From: Phycisphaera mikurensis NBRC 102666
GTDB taxonomy: Bacteria; Planctomycetota; Phycisphaerae; Phycisphaerales; Phycisphaeraceae
DNA length: 32,000 nt
Direction of reading: 5' to 3'
Assembly: GCF_000284115.1 (NCBI RefSeq)
Contig: NC_017080.1
Coordinates: 2,790,001 to 2,822,000 of the forward strand
Under the pieces are notes generated by a model. The model saw only the letters and a program-made list of their open reading frames with translations. It had not been told where the DNA came from and made no database searches. Each line of letters opens with the position of its first letter. Positions within the stretch are counted from its first letter, which is position 1. Shown here piece by piece: positions 30,661-32,000 of the stretch. The position numbers were made by a program, and so were the translations under genes.

Positions 30661-30998
30661 GGCAGGCTCCGGGGGCGGTACGCGGGCTCGGGGCGGCGTG
30701 CCCTCGAACCCCGCGGGAGGGGAAGCAACGGGTTCGACCCGCACCCTCGGTAGGTGCAGGCAACGATCGCCCGCCCGCGGCTTGCGACGCGGGGCGGAGA
30801 GGATAGCAGGGTTTCGCGAGCGTGTAAGGACGGGTGTCGGGCGAGCGGGTTCGGAGGCTCGTTCGGTTTCCGGGGACGCCGAGCACCGCGGCTCGGAGCG
30901 GCCGTGCGGGTCGACGCGGGGCTGGATTCCGGTCGTGCTGCGCCCGATCCGGGCACGTGGAGGAGTGACTGCCGTCAGGCGGCTGCGCCGCCGGCGTG

Positions 30999-31055
30999 TC
31001 GAACCTGCGACCTCCGGCCACCGCTCCGCGGTGGCTCGGAGGCCGACAGGTTCGA
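30999..31055. repeat. Long imperfect hairpin with tRNA-fMet-derived sequence
   Basis: TCGAACCTGCGACCTCCGGCCACCGC-TCC-GCGGTGGC(T)CGGAGGCCG(A)CAGGTTCGA. About 26 bp of stem, interrupted by two bulges and one mismatch. Confidence 0.85.
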
Positions 31056-31073
31056 ATCCAAGACCTCAGCACA

Positions 31074-31113
31074 ATTGAAAGAACCCCGGCCCAACGGGCC
31101 GGGGTTCTTTCAA

Positions 31114-31114
<1 letters not shown>
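31074..31114. terminator. Perfect 19-bp stem, probable bidirectional intrinsic terminator
   Basis: ATTGAAAGAACCCCGGCCC-AAC-GGGCCGGGGTTCTTTCAAT, immediately 3' of tRNA-Met on the minus strand. Confidence 0.8.
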
Positions 31115-31187
<73 letters not shown>

Positions 31188-31277
31188 GCTGTGCCTTCAG
31201 TTTAGCCAGCCCGCCGCGGGGCCGCAAATCCGCGGACCGCCGCCCGAAAAGCCGGGGAAACCTCACGGTCCGCGGGT

Positions 31278-32000
31278 TCAGCCCAGCGCCCGGCCGACCG
31301 CCGCGACGACCTCCGCGTGGCAGGGGCCGTTGGTCGCGATGACGCCGCGGTTGTTGTCGAGGCCGCGGCCTTTCGAGAAGTCCAGCCGCCTGCCGTCGAC
31401 ATCGGTGACGGTGCCGCCCGCCTCCTCGAGCACGGCGACGCCGGCGGCGTGGTCCCAGATGCGCTCGACGTAGCCCGGCCGCGTCGGCAGCCGCAGGTAC
31501 GCGTCGGCCACCCCCATGGCGACCGCGGCGTACTTCGCCTGGCTGTCCATCCGCACCGGGTCGGCGGTGACGCCGAGCATCCTCACCACCTCGGCGGCCG
31601 CGTCCTGCTTGGTGTGCCCGCTCTCGACGCTCTCGCACACGCGGAGCACGCCGGGCACGCTCCGCTCGCTCACGGCGATCTTCCGCCCGTGGTGCGGGTC
31701 GTGGTCCGTGCCCTCCACCGGGTGCCGGTACGCGCCGGCTCCCTTCACCGCGACCAGCACCACGCCCGGCTCGTCCTGGCCGTCCACCGCGAGATTCGGG
31801 CACCCGAGCACGCCGCCCACCACCTCGCCGCCCTCGATCAGCCCCAGCGCCACCGCGTACTGCTCGCCGCGGAGGAAGCCCTTCGTGCCGTCGATCGGGT
31901 CGAGCGCCCAGTAGCGGTCTTTCCGCGGATCGTCGTCCCCGGCGGTCGCCGGATCGAACGATCCGCGGTCGATGGCCTCGATCGCCTCCTCGGCGGGCAT
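31278..32000 (-). CDS. Inositol monophosphatase superfamily, 3'(2'),5'-bisphosphate nucleotidase (CysQ/Hal2)-like, truncated by window end
   Basis: LDPIDGTKGFLRGEQYAVALGLIEGGEVVGGVLGCPNL, RIWDHAAGVAVLEEAGGTVTDVDGRRLDFSKG. Confidence 0.88.
   Translation of the reverse strand: MPAEEAIEAIDRGSFDPATAGDDDPRKDRYWALDPIDGTKGFLRGEQYAVALGLIEGGEVVGGVLGCPNLAVDGQDEPGVVLVAVKGAGAYRHPVEGTDHDPHHGRKIAVSERSVPGVLRVCESVESGHTKQDAAAEVVRMLGVTADPVRMDSQAKYAAVAMGVADAYLRLPTRPGYVERIWDHAAGVAVLEEAGGTVTDVDGRRLDFSKGRGLDNNRGVIATNGPCHAEVVAAVGRALG

Overview
The window is very GC-rich bacterial chromosomal DNA. Gene content suggests a planctomycete, possibly Phycisphaerae, but this is inferred from gene families and base composition only. 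Left part, minus strand: mreD (partial)-mreC, then fliR-fliQ-fliP-fliO-fliN-fliL, with fliM missing between fliN and fliL. Divergent from this is a compact plus-strand cluster of a class I SAM methyltransferase, an FAD-dependent oxidoreductase and a type III polyketide synthase with an intact Cys-His-Asn triad, followed by a secreted hypothetical. Next come an Opp/Dpp-type ABC ATPase, an M29-like aminopeptidase, a secD-secF fusion, yajC, tgt, gcvP, an acyl-carrier-protein-like ORF that looks truncated at both ends, a VapB/VapC-like pair whose toxin has an in-frame TGA, a SulP transporter, a Gfo/Idh/MocA oxidoreductase and a DegT-family aminotransferase. The right part, minus strand, is infA-rpmJ-rpsM-rpsK-rpoA-rplQ with wide gaps and no rpsD, then initiator tRNA-Met and a CysQ/IMPase-family gene running off the edge. 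The least explained signals are: (a) a roughly 400-bp array of a 34-bp unit containing GGTGACAGCCACC at about 11.1-11.5 kb; (b) four composite palindromic elements, each exactly 77 bp, at 25.9-26.4 kb, resembling paired REP hairpins; (c) a 57-bp hairpin sharing tRNA-fMet 3'-half sequence beside the real tRNA; (d) the TGA-interrupted PIN-domain toxin; and (e) the permuted-looking ACP-like ORF. I found no CRISPR array, no transposase gene, and no clear multi-gene defence system.
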